In this document: piece by piece, positions 19,179 to 27,879 of the stretch | How the letters are laid out: every line of letters starts with the position of its first letter | Position numbering within the stretch: the stretch's first letter is position 1 | From: Bacillota bacterium | GTDB taxonomy: Bacteria > Bacillota > Clostridia > Christensenellales > JAEXRW01 | DNA: 32,596 nucleotides | Assembly (NCBI GenBank): GCA_030691525.1 | Contig: JAUYED010000073.1 | Span: 1-32,596 of the forward strand | Direction of reading: 5' to 3' | Made by a program: the position numbers and the translations under genes | Notes under the pieces: model-generated | Told to the model about the DNA's origin: nothing | Database searches by the model: none | Seen by the model: the letters and a program-made list of their open reading frames with translations, nothing else

Positions 19179-19652
19179 TTATTTGGCTTTCTCCACTATC
19201 TCCACCAGGCGCCATCTCTTTTCCCTGCTGAGCGGCCTGGTTTCCATGATTCTTACGGTATCACCCACGCCGCATTCGTTTTTTTCGTCGTGGGCTTTCA
19301 GTTTCGTAGTGCGGTTGAGCGTTTTGCCGTAGAACGGGTGCGTTACCCTTGTCTTGACGGCGACCACTATGGTCTTATCCATCTTATCGCTCACGACTAC
19401 GCCGGTCCTGACCTTTCTATTGGCCCTTTCGGCGACCACTATGGTCTTATCCATCTTGTCGCTCACGACCATGCCGGTTTTGGTCTTTTTACTGGCTTCG
19501 GCGTCCACTATGGTCTTATCTATCTTGTCACTCACGACTGCGTCGGTTTTGGTCTTTTTACTGGCTTCGGCGTCCACTATGGCCTTATCTATCTTGTCAC
19601 TCACGACTGCGTCGGTTTTGGTCTTTTTACTGGCTTCGGCGTCCACAGACAT
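19179..19652 (-). CDS. rpsQ: 30S ribosomal protein S17 with a 69-aa repeat-derived N-terminal extension
   Basis: The C-terminal 86 aa ([28 protein letters not shown]...[20 protein letters not shown]) are canonical S17. Three in-frame 23-aa repeats of the N-terminal segment precede them. The ATG at 19652 lies 5 nt after AGGAGG, and the frame is uninterrupted. Confidence 0.85.
   Translation of the reverse strand: MSVDAEASKKTKTDAVVSDKIDKAIVDAEASKKTKTDAVVSDKIDKTIVDAEASKKTKTGMVVSDKMDKTIVVAERANRKVRTGVVVSDKMDKTIVVAVKTRVTHPFYGKTLNRTTKLKAHDEKNECGVGDTVRIMETRPLSREKRWRLVEIVEKAK
19368..19646 (-). repeat. tandem repeat array inside rpsQ: three 69-bp units plus the ancestral 72-bp unit
   Basis: Coding-strand units are R1 19646-19578, R2 19577-19509, R3 19508-19440 and R4 19439-19368. 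R1 and R2 differ at 1 of 69 nt (GCC versus ACC). R2 and R3 differ at 6 nt. R4 is more diverged and 3 nt longer. Each unit starts GTGG(A/T)CGCCGAA and ends GATAAG(G/A)CCATA. Confidence 0.95.
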
Positions 19653-19676
19653 TTCCTCCTCCTAAATATCGCATTT

Positions 19677-19880
19677 CTATCTGGCTGCGACCTTTATCTC
19701 ATCTTCGCGCAGCAGTGTCTTCACGCGCGCGATGTTCTTCTTGCATTCCCTTATCTGCATGGGGTTCTGAAGCTGGCCGGTAGCCAGCTGAAAGCGCAGG
19801 TTGAAAAGTTCAGTCTTGTACTGCGCCAACTTTTCATTGAGCTCTCGAAGGGTCATCTCCCTGAACTCACTGGCTTTCAT
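19677..19880 (-). CDS. rpmC: 50S ribosomal protein L29
   Basis: Starts [37 protein letters not shown] moved the start from 19916 to the ATG at 19880 (67 aa). It overlaps the rplP 3' end by 14 nt. Confidence 0.92.
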   Translation of the reverse strand: MKASEFREMTLRELNEKLAQYKTELFNLRFQLATGQLQNPMQIRECKKNIARVKTLLREDEIKVAAR

Positions 19881-20310
19881 GATTTTCACCACCCGATACA
19901 CTGCCTTCTCTGGCAATAAATTTGCACTTCATAGGGAGCTTGTGCATGGCAAGGCGCATGGCTTCCTTGGCATCTTCTGCAGATACGCCGCCTATCTCAA
20001 GCACCACCCTGCCGGGCTTGACTACGGCGACCCAGTATTCGGGTGCGCCTTTGCCGCTGCCCATGCGCGTTTCTGCCGGTTTTTTGGTGACGGGCTTGTG
20101 AGGGAAGATCTTTATCCAGACCTGCCCGCCCCTCTTGGTATAGCGCGTCAATGCGATGCGCGCCGCTTCTATCTGGCTGCTGGTGACCCAGGCAGGCTCA
20201 ACGGCCATCAGGCCGTATTCCCCGTCGGATATGAAATTGCCGCTCGTGGCCTTGCCTTTCATGCGCCCGCGGTGCCAGCGTCTGTACTTCACGCGCTTTG
20301 GCATCAACAT
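19867..20310 (-). CDS. rplP: 50S ribosomal protein L16
   Basis: Reads [19 protein letters not shown]...[13 protein letters not shown]. It has a TAATG junction with rpsC. Confidence 0.95.
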   Translation of the reverse strand: MLMPKRVKYRRWHRGRMKGKATSGNFISDGEYGLMAVEPAWVTSSQIEAARIALTRYTKRGGQVWIKIFPHKPVTKKPAETRMGSGKGAPEYWVAVVKPGRVVLEIGGVSAEDAKEAMRLAMHKLPMKCKFIAREGSVSGGENHESQ

Positions 20311-20990
20311 TATGCTTTCCCTCCCTCTTTGGAGCTTCCTGGCGCTGTGGGTTTGGGCTTCCTGAACACTTCGCCTTTATATATCCATACTTTGACGCCG
20401 ATGCGTCCGTATGTGGTATGTGCTTCTGCAAAACCGTAGTCAATATCCGCGCGCAGCGTCTGCAGCGGGATAGAGCCCTCGTGGTAGCCCTCGTTCCGGG
20501 CGATCTCGGCCCCGCCCAGCCGCCCCGAAACCAGCGTTTTGACGCCTTTGGCGCCGCTTTTCATCGAGCGCATGATGGCCTGTTTCATCGCCCGGCGGAA
20601 AGACGTACGCTTTTCAAGCTGCGCTGCGATGTTTTCGGCTACCAGCTGCGCGTCAAGATCCGGGTTCTTTATCTCTATCACATTGATGACTGCGTTTTTG
20701 CCGCCGGTCATCGTCTTGATGTCGTTTTTGATTATTTCAACGCCCGCGCCGCCCCTGCCTATGAGCACGCCCGGCTTGGACGTGAAGATGTTCACCGTGA
20801 CGTTATTGGAAGCGCGCTCGATCTCCATCTTGGAGATGCCTGCCGCAAAAAGCTTCTTTTTGAGAAACTCGCGTATCTTGTAATCTTCGATCAGCTTATC
20901 GGCAAAATCCTTCTTGCTTGCAAACCAGCGCGTGTCCCAATTTTTGATGATGCCCACTCTTAAGCCATGCGGATGAACTTTCTGCCCCAT
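20310..20990 (-). CDS. rpsC: 30S ribosomal protein S3
   Basis: Reads [24 protein letters not shown]... and contains KH-domain motifs. Confidence 0.95.
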   Translation of the reverse strand: MGQKVHPHGLRVGIIKNWDTRWFASKKDFADKLIEDYKIREFLKKKLFAAGISKMEIERASNNVTVNIFTSKPGVLIGRGGAGVEIIKNDIKTMTGGKNAVINVIEIKNPDLDAQLVAENIAAQLEKRTSFRRAMKQAIMRSMKSGAKGVKTLVSGRLGGAEIARNEGYHEGSIPLQTLRADIDYGFAEAHTTYGRIGVKVWIYKGEVFRKPKPTAPGSSKEGGKA

Positions 20991-21002
20991 TGTACTCCTC
21001 CC

Positions 21003-21389
21003 TTACTTCACCTGCTCCAGTATGATGGTGATGTGGCTGGACTTCTTATTGATGCGGAACGCCCTGCCATGGGCGCGCGGCTGAAAACGTTTCAGCGTAG
21101 GCCCCTGGTCAGCGAATATCTCTGCTATAAAAAGGTTATCCTTACTCATTTCAAGGTTGTTCTCTGCGTTGGCCACTGCAGACTTCAGCAGCTTGGCTAC
21201 AACAGGCGAAGCCGCCTTCGGCGTGAAGGCGAGTATGGCCTCGGCTTCCGCCACCTTCTTGCCGCGGATCAGGTCAATGACAGTGCGCACTTTTCTCGGC
21301 GCGATCCTCACGTATCTGAGTATGGCAGTAGGCCTTTTATCCTTTTCCTCATGGTGCTTGGCCGTTTTTTCCTTCTGTCTGGTTGCCAT
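21003..21389 (-). CDS. rplV: 50S ribosomal protein L22
   Basis: Contains [29 protein letters not shown]...[18 protein letters not shown]. The ATG at 21389 is preferred over the TTG at 21401, which abuts the SD. There is a short K/E-rich N-terminal extension. Confidence 0.92.
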   Translation of the reverse strand: MATRQKEKTAKHHEEKDKRPTAILRYVRIAPRKVRTVIDLIRGKKVAEAEAILAFTPKAASPVVAKLLKSAVANAENNLEMSKDNLFIAEIFADQGPTLKRFQPRAHGRAFRINKKSSHITIILEQVK

Positions 21390-21412
21390 GGTCGTTTTCA
21401 ACCCCCTCGGAG

Positions 21413-21694
21413 CTATTTTACCGTTGAAGCTTTCTCGGCGCTGCCGTGTCCCCTGAACGTGCGGGTGGGCGCGAATTCGCCCAGCTTGTGCCCGACCATT
21501 TCTTCAGTGATATATACCGGAACATGCTTGCGCCCGTCATGCACGCCCAAGGTGTGCCCTACCATCTCAGGAAAGATGGTGGACGCGCGCGACCACGTTC
21601 TTATGACTTTTTTCTCGTTGGCATTGTTCATGGTCAAAATCTTCTGCTGTAACTTTTCGTTGATGTACGGGCCCTTTTTAACCGACCTACTCAT
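21413..21694 (-). CDS. rpsS: 30S ribosomal protein S19
   Basis: Reads [15 protein letters not shown]...[16 protein letters not shown]. Confidence 0.95.
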   Translation of the reverse strand: MSRSVKKGPYINEKLQQKILTMNNANEKKVIRTWSRASTIFPEMVGHTLGVHDGRKHVPVYITEEMVGHKLGEFAPTRTFRGHGSAEKASTVK

Positions 21695-21715
21695 GAAACA
21701 TTTACAGCTCCTTTC

Positions 21716-22549
21716 CTATTTCTGGCCTCTGCGCTTCACGATGAACTTATTGGTGGGGTTCTTTTTCTTGCGCGTCCTGTATCCCAGTGTGGGTTTGCCC
21801 CATGGCGTCAGCGGGCCGGGGCGGCCTATGCTCGCCTTTCCTTCGCCGCCGCCGTGCGGGTGGTCACAGGGGTTCATGGCAGAGCCGCGCACCGTAGGCC
21901 TGATGCCCCGATGGCGCTTTCTCCCCGCCTTGCCCAGCCGTATATTCTCATTGTCCAGGTTGCCTACCTGTCCGATGGTAGCTTTTGCGTTCATGGAGAT
22001 CATGCGCACTTCGCCCGAAGGCAGGCGCACCTGCGCGTAGTCGCCTTCCTTGGCCATCAACTGCGAAGCGTTGCCTGCGCTGCGGCAGAGCTGGCCGCCC
22101 CTGCCGGGCTGTATCTCGATATTATGTATCATCGTGCCCAGAGGGATATTGCGTATGGGCAGCGCGTTCCCGGCCTTTATGTCTGCGCCCTCGCCCGAAA
22201 CCACTGTGTCACCGACGGTAAGCCCCAGCGGCGCGATGATGTAGCGCTTCTCGCCATCAAGGTAGTGCAGCAGCGCGATATTGGCTGTACGGTTGGGGTC
22301 ATATTCTATGGCCGCGACTTTTGCTGGTATATTGTCTTTGTCGCGCTTGAAATCAATGACCCGGTACATTTGCCTGTTCCCGCCGCCGCGGTGGCGTATG
22401 GTTATCTTCCCCGAAACGTTCCTGCCCGCCGTCTTTTTTTGGCTCTGCAGAAGGGATTTCTGGGGAGTCGTTTCCGTGATCTCCTCGTAAGTGGAAACGG
22501 TCATCAACCTTCTGCCGGGGGAGGTGGGGTTATATTTCTTTATGCCCAT
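21716..22549 (-). CDS. rplB: 50S ribosomal protein L2
   Basis: Reads [14 protein letters not shown]...[19 protein letters not shown]. Confidence 0.95.
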   Translation of the reverse strand: MGIKKYNPTSPGRRLMTVSTYEEITETTPQKSLLQSQKKTAGRNVSGKITIRHRGGGNRQMYRVIDFKRDKDNIPAKVAAIEYDPNRTANIALLHYLDGEKRYIIAPLGLTVGDTVVSGEGADIKAGNALPIRNIPLGTMIHNIEIQPGRGGQLCRSAGNASQLMAKEGDYAQVRLPSGEVRMISMNAKATIGQVGNLDNENIRLGKAGRKRHRGIRPTVRGSAMNPCDHPHGGGEGKASIGRPGPLTPWGKPTLGYRTRKKKNPTNKFIVKRRGQK

Positions 22550-22582
22550 GATGCGTTTTCCTCCTGGTTTGGTAAAACGGCG

Positions 22583-22879
22583 TTACTGCGCCATGTTCTC
22601 AAAGAACTCTATGGGCTTGCTGTCTTTTTTCAGGGTGACAAATGCCTTCTTCGTCGCCTGGGTGTAACCCTGGGTGCGCCCCTGGCGGTGCAGCTTCCCC
22701 AGCTTGTTGAGGGTGTTCACGGTTTTGACCTTCACATTGAATATCTTCTCAACGGCTGCTTTTATCTCTGACTTATTGGCGTCGGGGTGTACAATGAAGG
22801 TATATTTTTTCTGTGGTATATTATCATATGTGCGCTCGCTCAGCAACGGCTTGAGTAGGATGTCGTAGGGCTCCTTCAT
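22583..22879 (-). CDS. rplW: 50S ribosomal protein L23
   Basis: Contains YDILLKPLLSERT...YTFIVHPDANKSEIKAAVEKIFNVKV. It shares an ATGA overlap with rplD. Confidence 0.95.
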   Translation of the reverse strand: MKEPYDILLKPLLSERTYDNIPQKKYTFIVHPDANKSEIKAAVEKIFNVKVKTVNTLNKLGKLHRQGRTQGYTQATKKAFVTLKKDSKPIEFFENMAQ

Positions 22880-23502
22880 TTGGAGTATACCTCCTCAATG
22901 GCTTTGACGGCTTCTCTAGTGGCAACAAAGCTATCATGCTCAAGGATGTCGGCCACATTCAGCGTGTCTGCGGGCAGCATCTTGATGCCCGGGATGTTCC
23001 GCGCGGCAAGCACTACGTTCTCATTCTTTCCCCCCAGCACGAAAAGCGCCTTGCGGTCAAGCTTCAGGTTGCCCATCAGCGTGATCATTTCTTTGGTCCT
23101 GGGCTTTTCAAATGCGAGGTCTTCAAGCACCACGATAGCGCCGTCCTTCACCTTGGAGGAAAGCGCGCTGCGGATAGCCAGCTGCCTCACCTTTTTATTG
23201 ACGTCCTGGCGGAAATCCCGCGGTTTGGGCGCAAACACAACGCCGCCGTGCCTGAACTGCGGCGAGCGGATAGAGCCCTGCCTCGCGCGTCCTGTGCCTT
23301 TCTGCCGGTAGGGCTTTATGCCGCCGCCCGAGACTTCGGCGCGCGTCAGCGTGCTCTTGGTGCCCTGCCTGCTATTGGCCAGCTGGGCTTTGACCACCTG
23401 GTGCATAACGGCTACATTGGGTTCGATCCCAAATACTTCATCGCTCAAGTTTATTTCGCCGGCTTTTGTGCCGTCCATTTTATATACAGCTACTTTGGGC
23501 AT
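22876..23502 (-). CDS. rplD: 50S ribosomal protein L4
   Basis: Reads MPKVAVYKMDGTKAGEINL...GGGIKPYRQKGTGRARQGS. The ATG at 23502 lies 8 nt after AAAGGAG. The track start at 23520 is a GTG inside the SD region. Confidence 0.93.
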   Translation of the reverse strand: MPKVAVYKMDGTKAGEINLSDEVFGIEPNVAVMHQVVKAQLANSRQGTKSTLTRAEVSGGGIKPYRQKGTGRARQGSIRSPQFRHGGVVFAPKPRDFRQDVNKKVRQLAIRSALSSKVKDGAIVVLEDLAFEKPRTKEMITLMGNLKLDRKALFVLGGKNENVVLAARNIPGIKMLPADTLNVADILEHDSFVATREAVKAIEEVYSK

Positions 23503-23523
23503 AGCGTATGCTCCTTTCACAGA

Positions 23524-24159
23524 TCATGCTTGCTGTTTGACCGCTTCGCGGATGAAAAGCAGACCGCCCTTGTTTCCGGGCACAGCGCCCTTGACAAGAA
23601 GGACGTTGCGTTCCACATCAACACGCACGATTTCGAGATTTTGAACTGTTACGCGTTCGACGCCCATGTGCCCGGGGAGCTTTTTCCCCTTCATCACACG
23701 GGAAGGGTCTGAGTGAGCGCTCATGGAGCCCACACTGCGGTGGAAGCCCGAGCCATGTGTCATAGGCCCGCGGTGCTGGCCATGCCGCTTGATGACTCCG
23801 GCAAAGCCCTTGCCTTTGCTAATGCCCGAAACGTCTACGATATCGCCTTTTTCAAAAATATCGGCCTTTATGACGCTGCCCGCCTCCATACCCGAAATAT
23901 CGTCCATGCGGAGCTCGCGCAGATGCTTGCAGGGTCCTACGCCGTATTTGTCGAAGTGCCCTTTCGCGGGCTTTTTCACTTTGGATTCCTTGACCTGCCC
24001 GAAGCCCACCTGGAGCGCATTGTAACCGTTGTTTTCAAGTGTTTTGCTCTGGACTACGGTGCAGGGGCCGGCTTCGACCACTGTGACAGGCACCGCCGTG
24101 CCGTCATCGGCAAATATCTGGGTCATGCCCAGTTTCCTGCCTATAATCGCTTTTTTCAT
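23524..24159 (-). CDS. rplC: 50S ribosomal protein L3
   Basis: Reads [16 protein letters not shown]...[12 protein letters not shown]...PGxMG. Confidence 0.95.
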   Translation of the reverse strand: MKKAIIGRKLGMTQIFADDGTAVPVTVVEAGPCTVVQSKTLENNGYNALQVGFGQVKESKVKKPAKGHFDKYGVGPCKHLRELRMDDISGMEAGSVIKADIFEKGDIVDVSGISKGKGFAGVIKRHGQHRGPMTHGSGFHRSVGSMSAHSDPSRVMKGKKLPGHMGVERVTVQNLEIVRVDVERNVLLVKGAVPGNKGGLLFIREAVKQQA

Positions 24160-24191
24160 TTTTCTGCAACCTCCATGTCACACCAGGCCGG

Positions 24192-24503
24192 TCACGGCAG
24201 CTTTATTTCAATGTCCACGCCTGCCGGAAGGTCTAACTTCATCAGCGAGTCTACCGTTTTTGACGTGGCACCGAGGATATCTATCAAACGCTTGTGCGTC
24301 TTGATCTCAAATTGTTCGCGGGAATCTTTATATTTGTGGGGAGCGCGAAGTATGGTGATGAGTTCCCTCTCTGTGGGCAGGGGAATGGGGCCGGATATCT
24401 TGGCTCCGCTCCTTTTTGCCGTTTCCACGATGCGTTCTGCGCTCTGGTCAATCAATTCATGGTCGTAAGCCTTGAGCTTGATGCGGATTTTCTGGCTCAC
24501 CAT
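24192..24503 (-). CDS. rpsJ: 30S ribosomal protein S10
   Basis: Reads [44 protein letters not shown]. The ATG at 24503 lies 8 nt after AAGGAGGA. The track start at 24542 is over-extended. Confidence 0.95.
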   Translation of the reverse strand: MVSQKIRIKLKAYDHELIDQSAERIVETAKRSGAKISGPIPLPTERELITILRAPHKYKDSREQFEIKTHKRLIDILGATSKTVDSLMKLDLPAGVDIEIKLP

Positions 24504-24681
24504 AAAAATGTTCCTCCTTAATTCTGCAAGGACCATATACACTGTGCCGTGTGTGCCATATTTGATTTTAACACGGCGAAGCGAATACTGCCCGCCGCCC
24601 GTTTATTACGGACATTTGTCTGCGGAAATCTCCCGGGTTCGCCCCGGCAACCTCCCGCTTCATCCCATAAATTGCGCAACG
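24504..24681 (-). promoter_or_regulatory. structured 5' leader of the S10 operon (~180 nt)
   Basis: This is the transcribed region between the promoter and rpsJ. It holds nested GC-rich helices: GCGGGA..CCGGG-GCGAA-CCCGG..TTCCGC, GTCCGT-AATAA-ACGGGC and CCGTGT..ACACGG. By analogy with L4-mediated control in E. coli it is a candidate r-protein autoregulatory leader. I could not confirm a family assignment. Confidence 0.3.
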
Positions 24682-24687
24682 TCAATT

Positions 24688-24716
24688 ATTATAATGTCGG
24701 TGCCAGTCAATTGCAA
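24688..24716 (-). promoter_or_regulatory. sigma-A promoter of the S10 operon
   Basis: Minus strand: TTGCAA (24716-24711), a 17-nt spacer, then a perfect TATAAT (24693-24688). An A/T-rich UP-like tract lies upstream at 24717-24745. Confidence 0.7.
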
Positions 24717-24790
24717 GTATATTTTTCAATTTTTCTTTCAAACCGGAATTCTGTGCTGAAAACGGGATTTTTCCTTTCCTAAAAACATTG

Positions 24791-24825
24791 GCAGCCGCCC
24801 TTAATCGGAAAAAGGGGGCGGCTGC
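24791..24825 (-). terminator. GC-rich hairpin, second terminator/insulator between tuf and the S10 promoter
   Basis: A perfect 10-bp stem, GCAGCCGCCC/GGGCGGCTGC, with a 15-nt loop. On the minus strand it is followed by CAATGTTTTT. On the plus strand it is followed by TTTTAT, so it may act in both directions. Confidence 0.45.
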
Positions 24826-24863
24826 TTTTATGTAAGCAACGAAAATACGAGCTATTAAGACGA

Positions 24864-24894
24864 TGATATTTGACGACATGCGCGTCAAATATCA
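24864..24894. repeat. perfect 12-bp inverted repeat with a 7-nt spacer
   Basis: TGATATTTGACG-ACATGCG-CGTCAAATATCA. It lies between the two terminator-like hairpins downstream of tuf. Confidence 0.9.
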
Positions 24895-24908
24895 GTATAA
24901 AGTCGTTT

Positions 24909-24996
24909 CGAGACGAAAAGAAGCGCCCCGCTGGCCGTGCATAGCACAAGCGGGGCAAGAGGGGGAAGGTTGGGAAGGGGACAAAGCCCCTTTCCC
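24909..24996 (-). terminator. tuf 3' hairpins, the second with a U-tract (intrinsic terminator)
   Basis: Hairpin 24972-24996 (GGGAAAGGGG-CTTTGT-CCCCTTCCC) has no U-tail. Next comes GCCCCGCT (24956-24949) pairing with AGCGGGGC (24932-24925), followed by GCTTCTTTTCG on the minus strand. Confidence 0.55.
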
Positions 24997-25020
24997 AAAA
25001 CAAGAAGCCCCCCTCACAAC

Positions 25021-26229
25021 TTATTCTATGATGCCCGTAACGATGCCGGCGCCGACCGTCCTGCCGCCTTCACGGATGGCAAAGTGCAGCCCTTCCTCGA
25101 TGGCGATAGGCATGATGAGTTTTATCTTCATCAGGATATTGTCCCCCGGCATGACCATCTCCACCCCTTCGGGCAGCTCGATAACGCCTGTCACGTCCGT
25201 CGTCCTGAAGTAGAACTGCGGCCGGTACCCATTGAAGAACGGAGTATGCCTCCCGCCTTCTTCCTTCGTGAGCACGTATACCTGGCCGTTGAAATGCGTG
25301 TGCGGCTTGATAGAGCCTGGCTTTGCCAGCACCTGGCCGCGCTCTATATCCGTCCTCTGCACACCGCGCAGCAGTACGCCGATATTATCCCCCGCCACGC
25401 CTTCATCCAGAAGCTTCCTGAACATCTCCACGCCCGTCACGACCGTCTTGCGCGTCTCCGTCAGGCCTACGATCTCTACTTCGTCCTGTACTTTGACCTT
25501 GCCTCTATCAACTCTGCCCGTAGCTACCGTGCCGCGCCCCGTGATAGTGAACACGTCCTCCACAGGCATCAGGAACGGCTTGTCAACGTCGCGCTTGGGT
25601 GTTGGTATGTAATTATCCACTGCGTCCATCAACTCAAAGATGCTCTTGCACCAGGGGTCATCTTTCGGGTCTACTCCGGAAAGCGCTGATTCCATCGCCT
25701 TCAGCGCCGACCCCTTGATGACCGGTACTTCGTCCCCCGGGTATTCGTACGTGGTCAGAAGGTCTCGGACCTCCATCTCCACAAGCTCTATCAACTCTTC
25801 GTCGTCCACCATGTCTACCTTATTCATGTAGACGATGATATACGGTACGCCTACCTGCCTCGCCAGAAGGATATGCTCCCGCGTTTGCGGCATTGGCCCG
25901 TCTGCAGCCGATACTACCAAGATCGCTCCGTCCATTTGCGCTGCGCCCGTGATCATGTTCTTTACATAGTCCGCGTGCCCGGGGCAGTCCACATGCGCGT
26001 AGTGCCTCTTCGTCGTCTCGTATTCAACGTGTGCTGTGTTGATCGTTATGCCTCTTTCCTTTTCCTCAGGCGCCTTGTCTATCTCTTCGTATTTCGTTGC
26101 TTGCGCCTTTCCGTACTTGGCCAGCACCATCGTTATCGCCGCCGTCAATGTCGTCTTCCCGTGGTCAACGTGCCCTATCGTTCCAATGTTCACGTGTGGT
26201 TTTGTTCTCTCAAATTTAGCTTTAGCCAT
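25021..26229 (-). CDS. tuf: elongation factor Tu
   Basis: Reads [33 protein letters not shown]...DCPGHADY...NKVD. It is full length at 402 aa, with a GAGAGGAGAG RBS. Confidence 0.97.
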   Translation of the reverse strand: MAKAKFERTKPHVNIGTIGHVDHGKTTLTAAITMVLAKYGKAQATKYEEIDKAPEEKERGITINTAHVEYETTKRHYAHVDCPGHADYVKNMITGAAQMDGAILVVSAADGPMPQTREHILLARQVGVPYIIVYMNKVDMVDDEELIELVEMEVRDLLTTYEYPGDEVPVIKGSALKAMESALSGVDPKDDPWCKSIFELMDAVDNYIPTPKRDVDKPFLMPVEDVFTITGRGTVATGRVDRGKVKVQDEVEIVGLTETRKTVVTGVEMFRKLLDEGVAGDNIGVLLRGVQRTDIERGQVLAKPGSIKPHTHFNGQVYVLTKEEGGRHTPFFNGYRPQFYFRTTDVTGVIELPEGVEMVMPGDNILMKIKLIMPIAIEEGLHFAIREGGRTVGAGIVTGIIE

Positions 26230-26282
26230 TTCTTCCAGTCTCTCCTCTCATTAAAAGTATCTTTAATAATGCCTACACTCGC

Positions 26283-26356
26283 TGGAGCGGGTGATGGGAA
26301 TCGAACCCACGCAACCAGCTTGGGAAGCTGGAGCTCTGCCGTTGAGCTACACCCGC
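26283..26356 (-). tRNA. tRNA-Gly (anticodon CCC), CCA encoded
   Basis: The manual cloverleaf is GCGGGTG-TA-GCTC-AACGGCA-GAGC-T-CCAGC-TTCCCAA-GCTGG-TTGC-GTGGG-TTCGATT-CCCAT-CACCCGC-T-CCA. It is 74 nt, with a perfect 7-bp acceptor stem, a TTCGATT T-loop and a U73 discriminator. Confidence 0.9.
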
Positions 26357-26378
26357 ACTTCGCATGAGCAGTGTTATT

Positions 26379-26407
26379 ATTCTAAGATAACGCCTTTTTT
26401 TTGTCAA
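26379..26407 (-). promoter_or_regulatory. sigma-A promoter driving tRNA-Gly and tuf
   Basis: Minus strand: TTGACA (26407-26402), a 17-nt spacer, then TAGAAT (26384-26379). The -10 ends about 22 nt upstream of the mature tRNA 5' end. The promoter begins only 15 nt after the sigH stop. Confidence 0.7.
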
Positions 26408-26421
26408 TATGCCTATAGTGC

Positions 26422-27057
26422 TCATCCCGAAGCTAAAAATTTATCCAATTTGGCTTTGATGCGCTGCAATGCGTTGTCAATGGATTTGACATGCCTGCCC
26501 ATCTCCTGCGCTATCTCCTGGTAAGACTTTCCTTTCAGGTAAGACGTCAGCACTTCACTCTCCAGCCCGGACAGAAGCTTTCCTATATAGTTTTTCATGG
26601 AGAGAAGTTTTTCCCTGTCTATGACGATCTCCTCGGGGTTGGATTCGTACTCTCCGCAGATCAGATCTATCAGCGCTCTGTCCGACTCTTTGTCAAACAC
26701 GGGCTTATTGAGGGATATATATGAATTCAAAGGGATATGTTTCTGCCTGGTAGCCGTTTTGATCGCAGTGATTATCTGCCTCGTGATGCACAGTTCGGCA
26801 AAGGCCTTGAAAGAGGCCATCTTTTCATACCTGAAATCGCGGATGGCCTTAAAAAGCCCGATCATACCTTCCTGTACGATATCTTCCCTGTCTGCGCCGA
26901 TCAGGAAATATGAGCGCGCTTTGGAACGGACAAAGTTTTTGTATCTCTCCATAAGACATTCCGTCGCGATGCCATCGCCGTTCTGCGAAGCATGAGCCAG
27001 CTCTTCGTCCGTCTTTCCGGCAAACGATGCACGCAGTTCCTCTTTATCCTCTTCCAA
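26422..27057 (-). CDS. sigH: RNA polymerase sporulation/stationary-phase sigma factor SigH
   Basis: Has sigma-70 region 2 (DREDIVQEGMIGLFKAIRDF) and a region 4 HTH (SYQEIAQEMGRHVKSIDNALQRIK). It sits after rlmB, as in Bacillus and Clostridium. The TTG start at 27057 lies 6 nt after GAGGTG. Confidence 0.85.
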   Translation of the reverse strand: MEEDKEELRASFAGKTDEELAHASQNGDGIATECLMERYKNFVRSKARSYFLIGADREDIVQEGMIGLFKAIRDFRYEKMASFKAFAELCITRQIITAIKTATRQKHIPLNSYISLNKPVFDKESDRALIDLICGEYESNPEEIVIDREKLLSMKNYIGKLLSGLESEVLTSYLKGKSYQEIAQEMGRHVKSIDNALQRIKAKLDKFLASG

Positions 27058-27102
27058 AGTTTACACCTCTTCATATAATGTAAAGCCGGAATACCCGGGC
27101 TG

Positions 27103-27879
27103 TCAGAACCCTTCCTGCCGCTTTTTCTCGTACATCAGCACCGCAGCCGCCACCGCAGCATTGAGCGACCCGATGCTGCCCGTCATGGGGATCTTCACAA
27201 TAAGATCGCATTTTTCCTTTGTCAGGCGGGCAAGCCCTTCGCCTTCTCCGCCGATGACCAGCGCTACGGCTCCTTTCAGGTCTGTCTTTCCTGCTTCCCG
27301 GCCTTCCATGTCCGCGCCGGCGATCCAGAGCCCTTTTCGCTTCAGCTCTTCAAGCGTTTGGACGATATTGGGCACCCTTGCCACAGCCACGTACTCCTCT
27401 GCGCCCGAGGCCGCTTTCGCCGCAGCGGCGCTCAGCGAAGCGTTGCGGCGCTTGGGGATGATCACTCCGTGCGCCCCGAAGCACTCGGCGCTGCGCAGGA
27501 TGGAGCCAAGGTTCATAGGGTCGGTGATCCCGTCACACACGATAACGAAGGGCGGCCTTGCGCTTTTTTCGGCTCGCGTCAGGATTTCTTCTACGCTGGC
27601 GTATTCATGCGCCGGCAGCAGCGCGGCGACGCCCTGGTGGTTGCCCGTTCTTCCCGAATGCCCGAAAGCCATGCACAGCTCGTCCAGCTTTGACCTCGAA
27701 ACTTCGATGACAACGATCCCTGTTTCCTTTGCTTCGCGCGAGAGCTGCCGGAGAGAGCCGTCCGTTTCGCCGCGGGCCACCAGAAGCTTGTCCACGCTGC
27801 GCCCGCTCTTTATGAGCTCGCGCACAACGTTCCTGCCGAAAAGAACCCTGCCTTCAGTTTTTTGACTGTCAGATTGCAC
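27103..27879 (-). CDS. rlmB: 23S rRNA (guanosine-2'-O)-methyltransferase RlmB (SpoU/TrmH family)
   Basis: Has an N-terminal substrate-binding domain (GRNVVRELIKSG) and SpoU motifs (NLGSILRSAE, ALVIGGEGEGL, IPMTGSIGSLNAAVA). The GTG start overlaps the thyX end by 11 nt. Confidence 0.85.
   Translation of the reverse strand: MQSDSQKTEGRVLFGRNVVRELIKSGRSVDKLLVARGETDGSLRQLSREAKETGIVVIEVSRSKLDELCMAFGHSGRTGNHQGVAALLPAHEYASVEEILTRAEKSARPPFVIVCDGITDPMNLGSILRSAECFGAHGVIIPKRRNASLSAAAAKAASGAEEYVAVARVPNIVQTLEELKRKGLWIAGADMEGREAGKTDLKGAVALVIGGEGEGLARLTKEKCDLIVKIPMTGSIGSLNAAVAAAVLMYEKKRQEGF

Noticed and set aside
19290-19919. A 209-aa plus-strand ORF (and the ORF at 19354-19665) with an obviously repetitive sequence.
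   Set aside because: Its repeats are just the reverse-complement image of the rpsQ tandem repeats. The rpsQ frame has the SD and the conserved S17 body.
20967-22040. Plus-strand ORFs antisense to ribosomal, ECF and tuf genes: a 357-aa ORF here, and similar long ones at 21854-22771, 7463-8404, 10789-11583, 22936-23712, 23713-24468, 17774-18532 and 24937-25689.
   Set aside because: All lie opposite confidently identified, highly conserved minus-strand genes. All have biased, repetitive compositions and lack RBS signals, which is typical of antisense frame artefacts.
24682-24888. A 68-aa minus-strand ORF with a hydrophobic N-terminus in the tuf-rpsJ spacer (also the ORF at 24779-25003).
   Set aside because: It has no SD. 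It reads through a 10-bp GC hairpin and through the S10 promoter, so the coding potential is most likely fortuitous.
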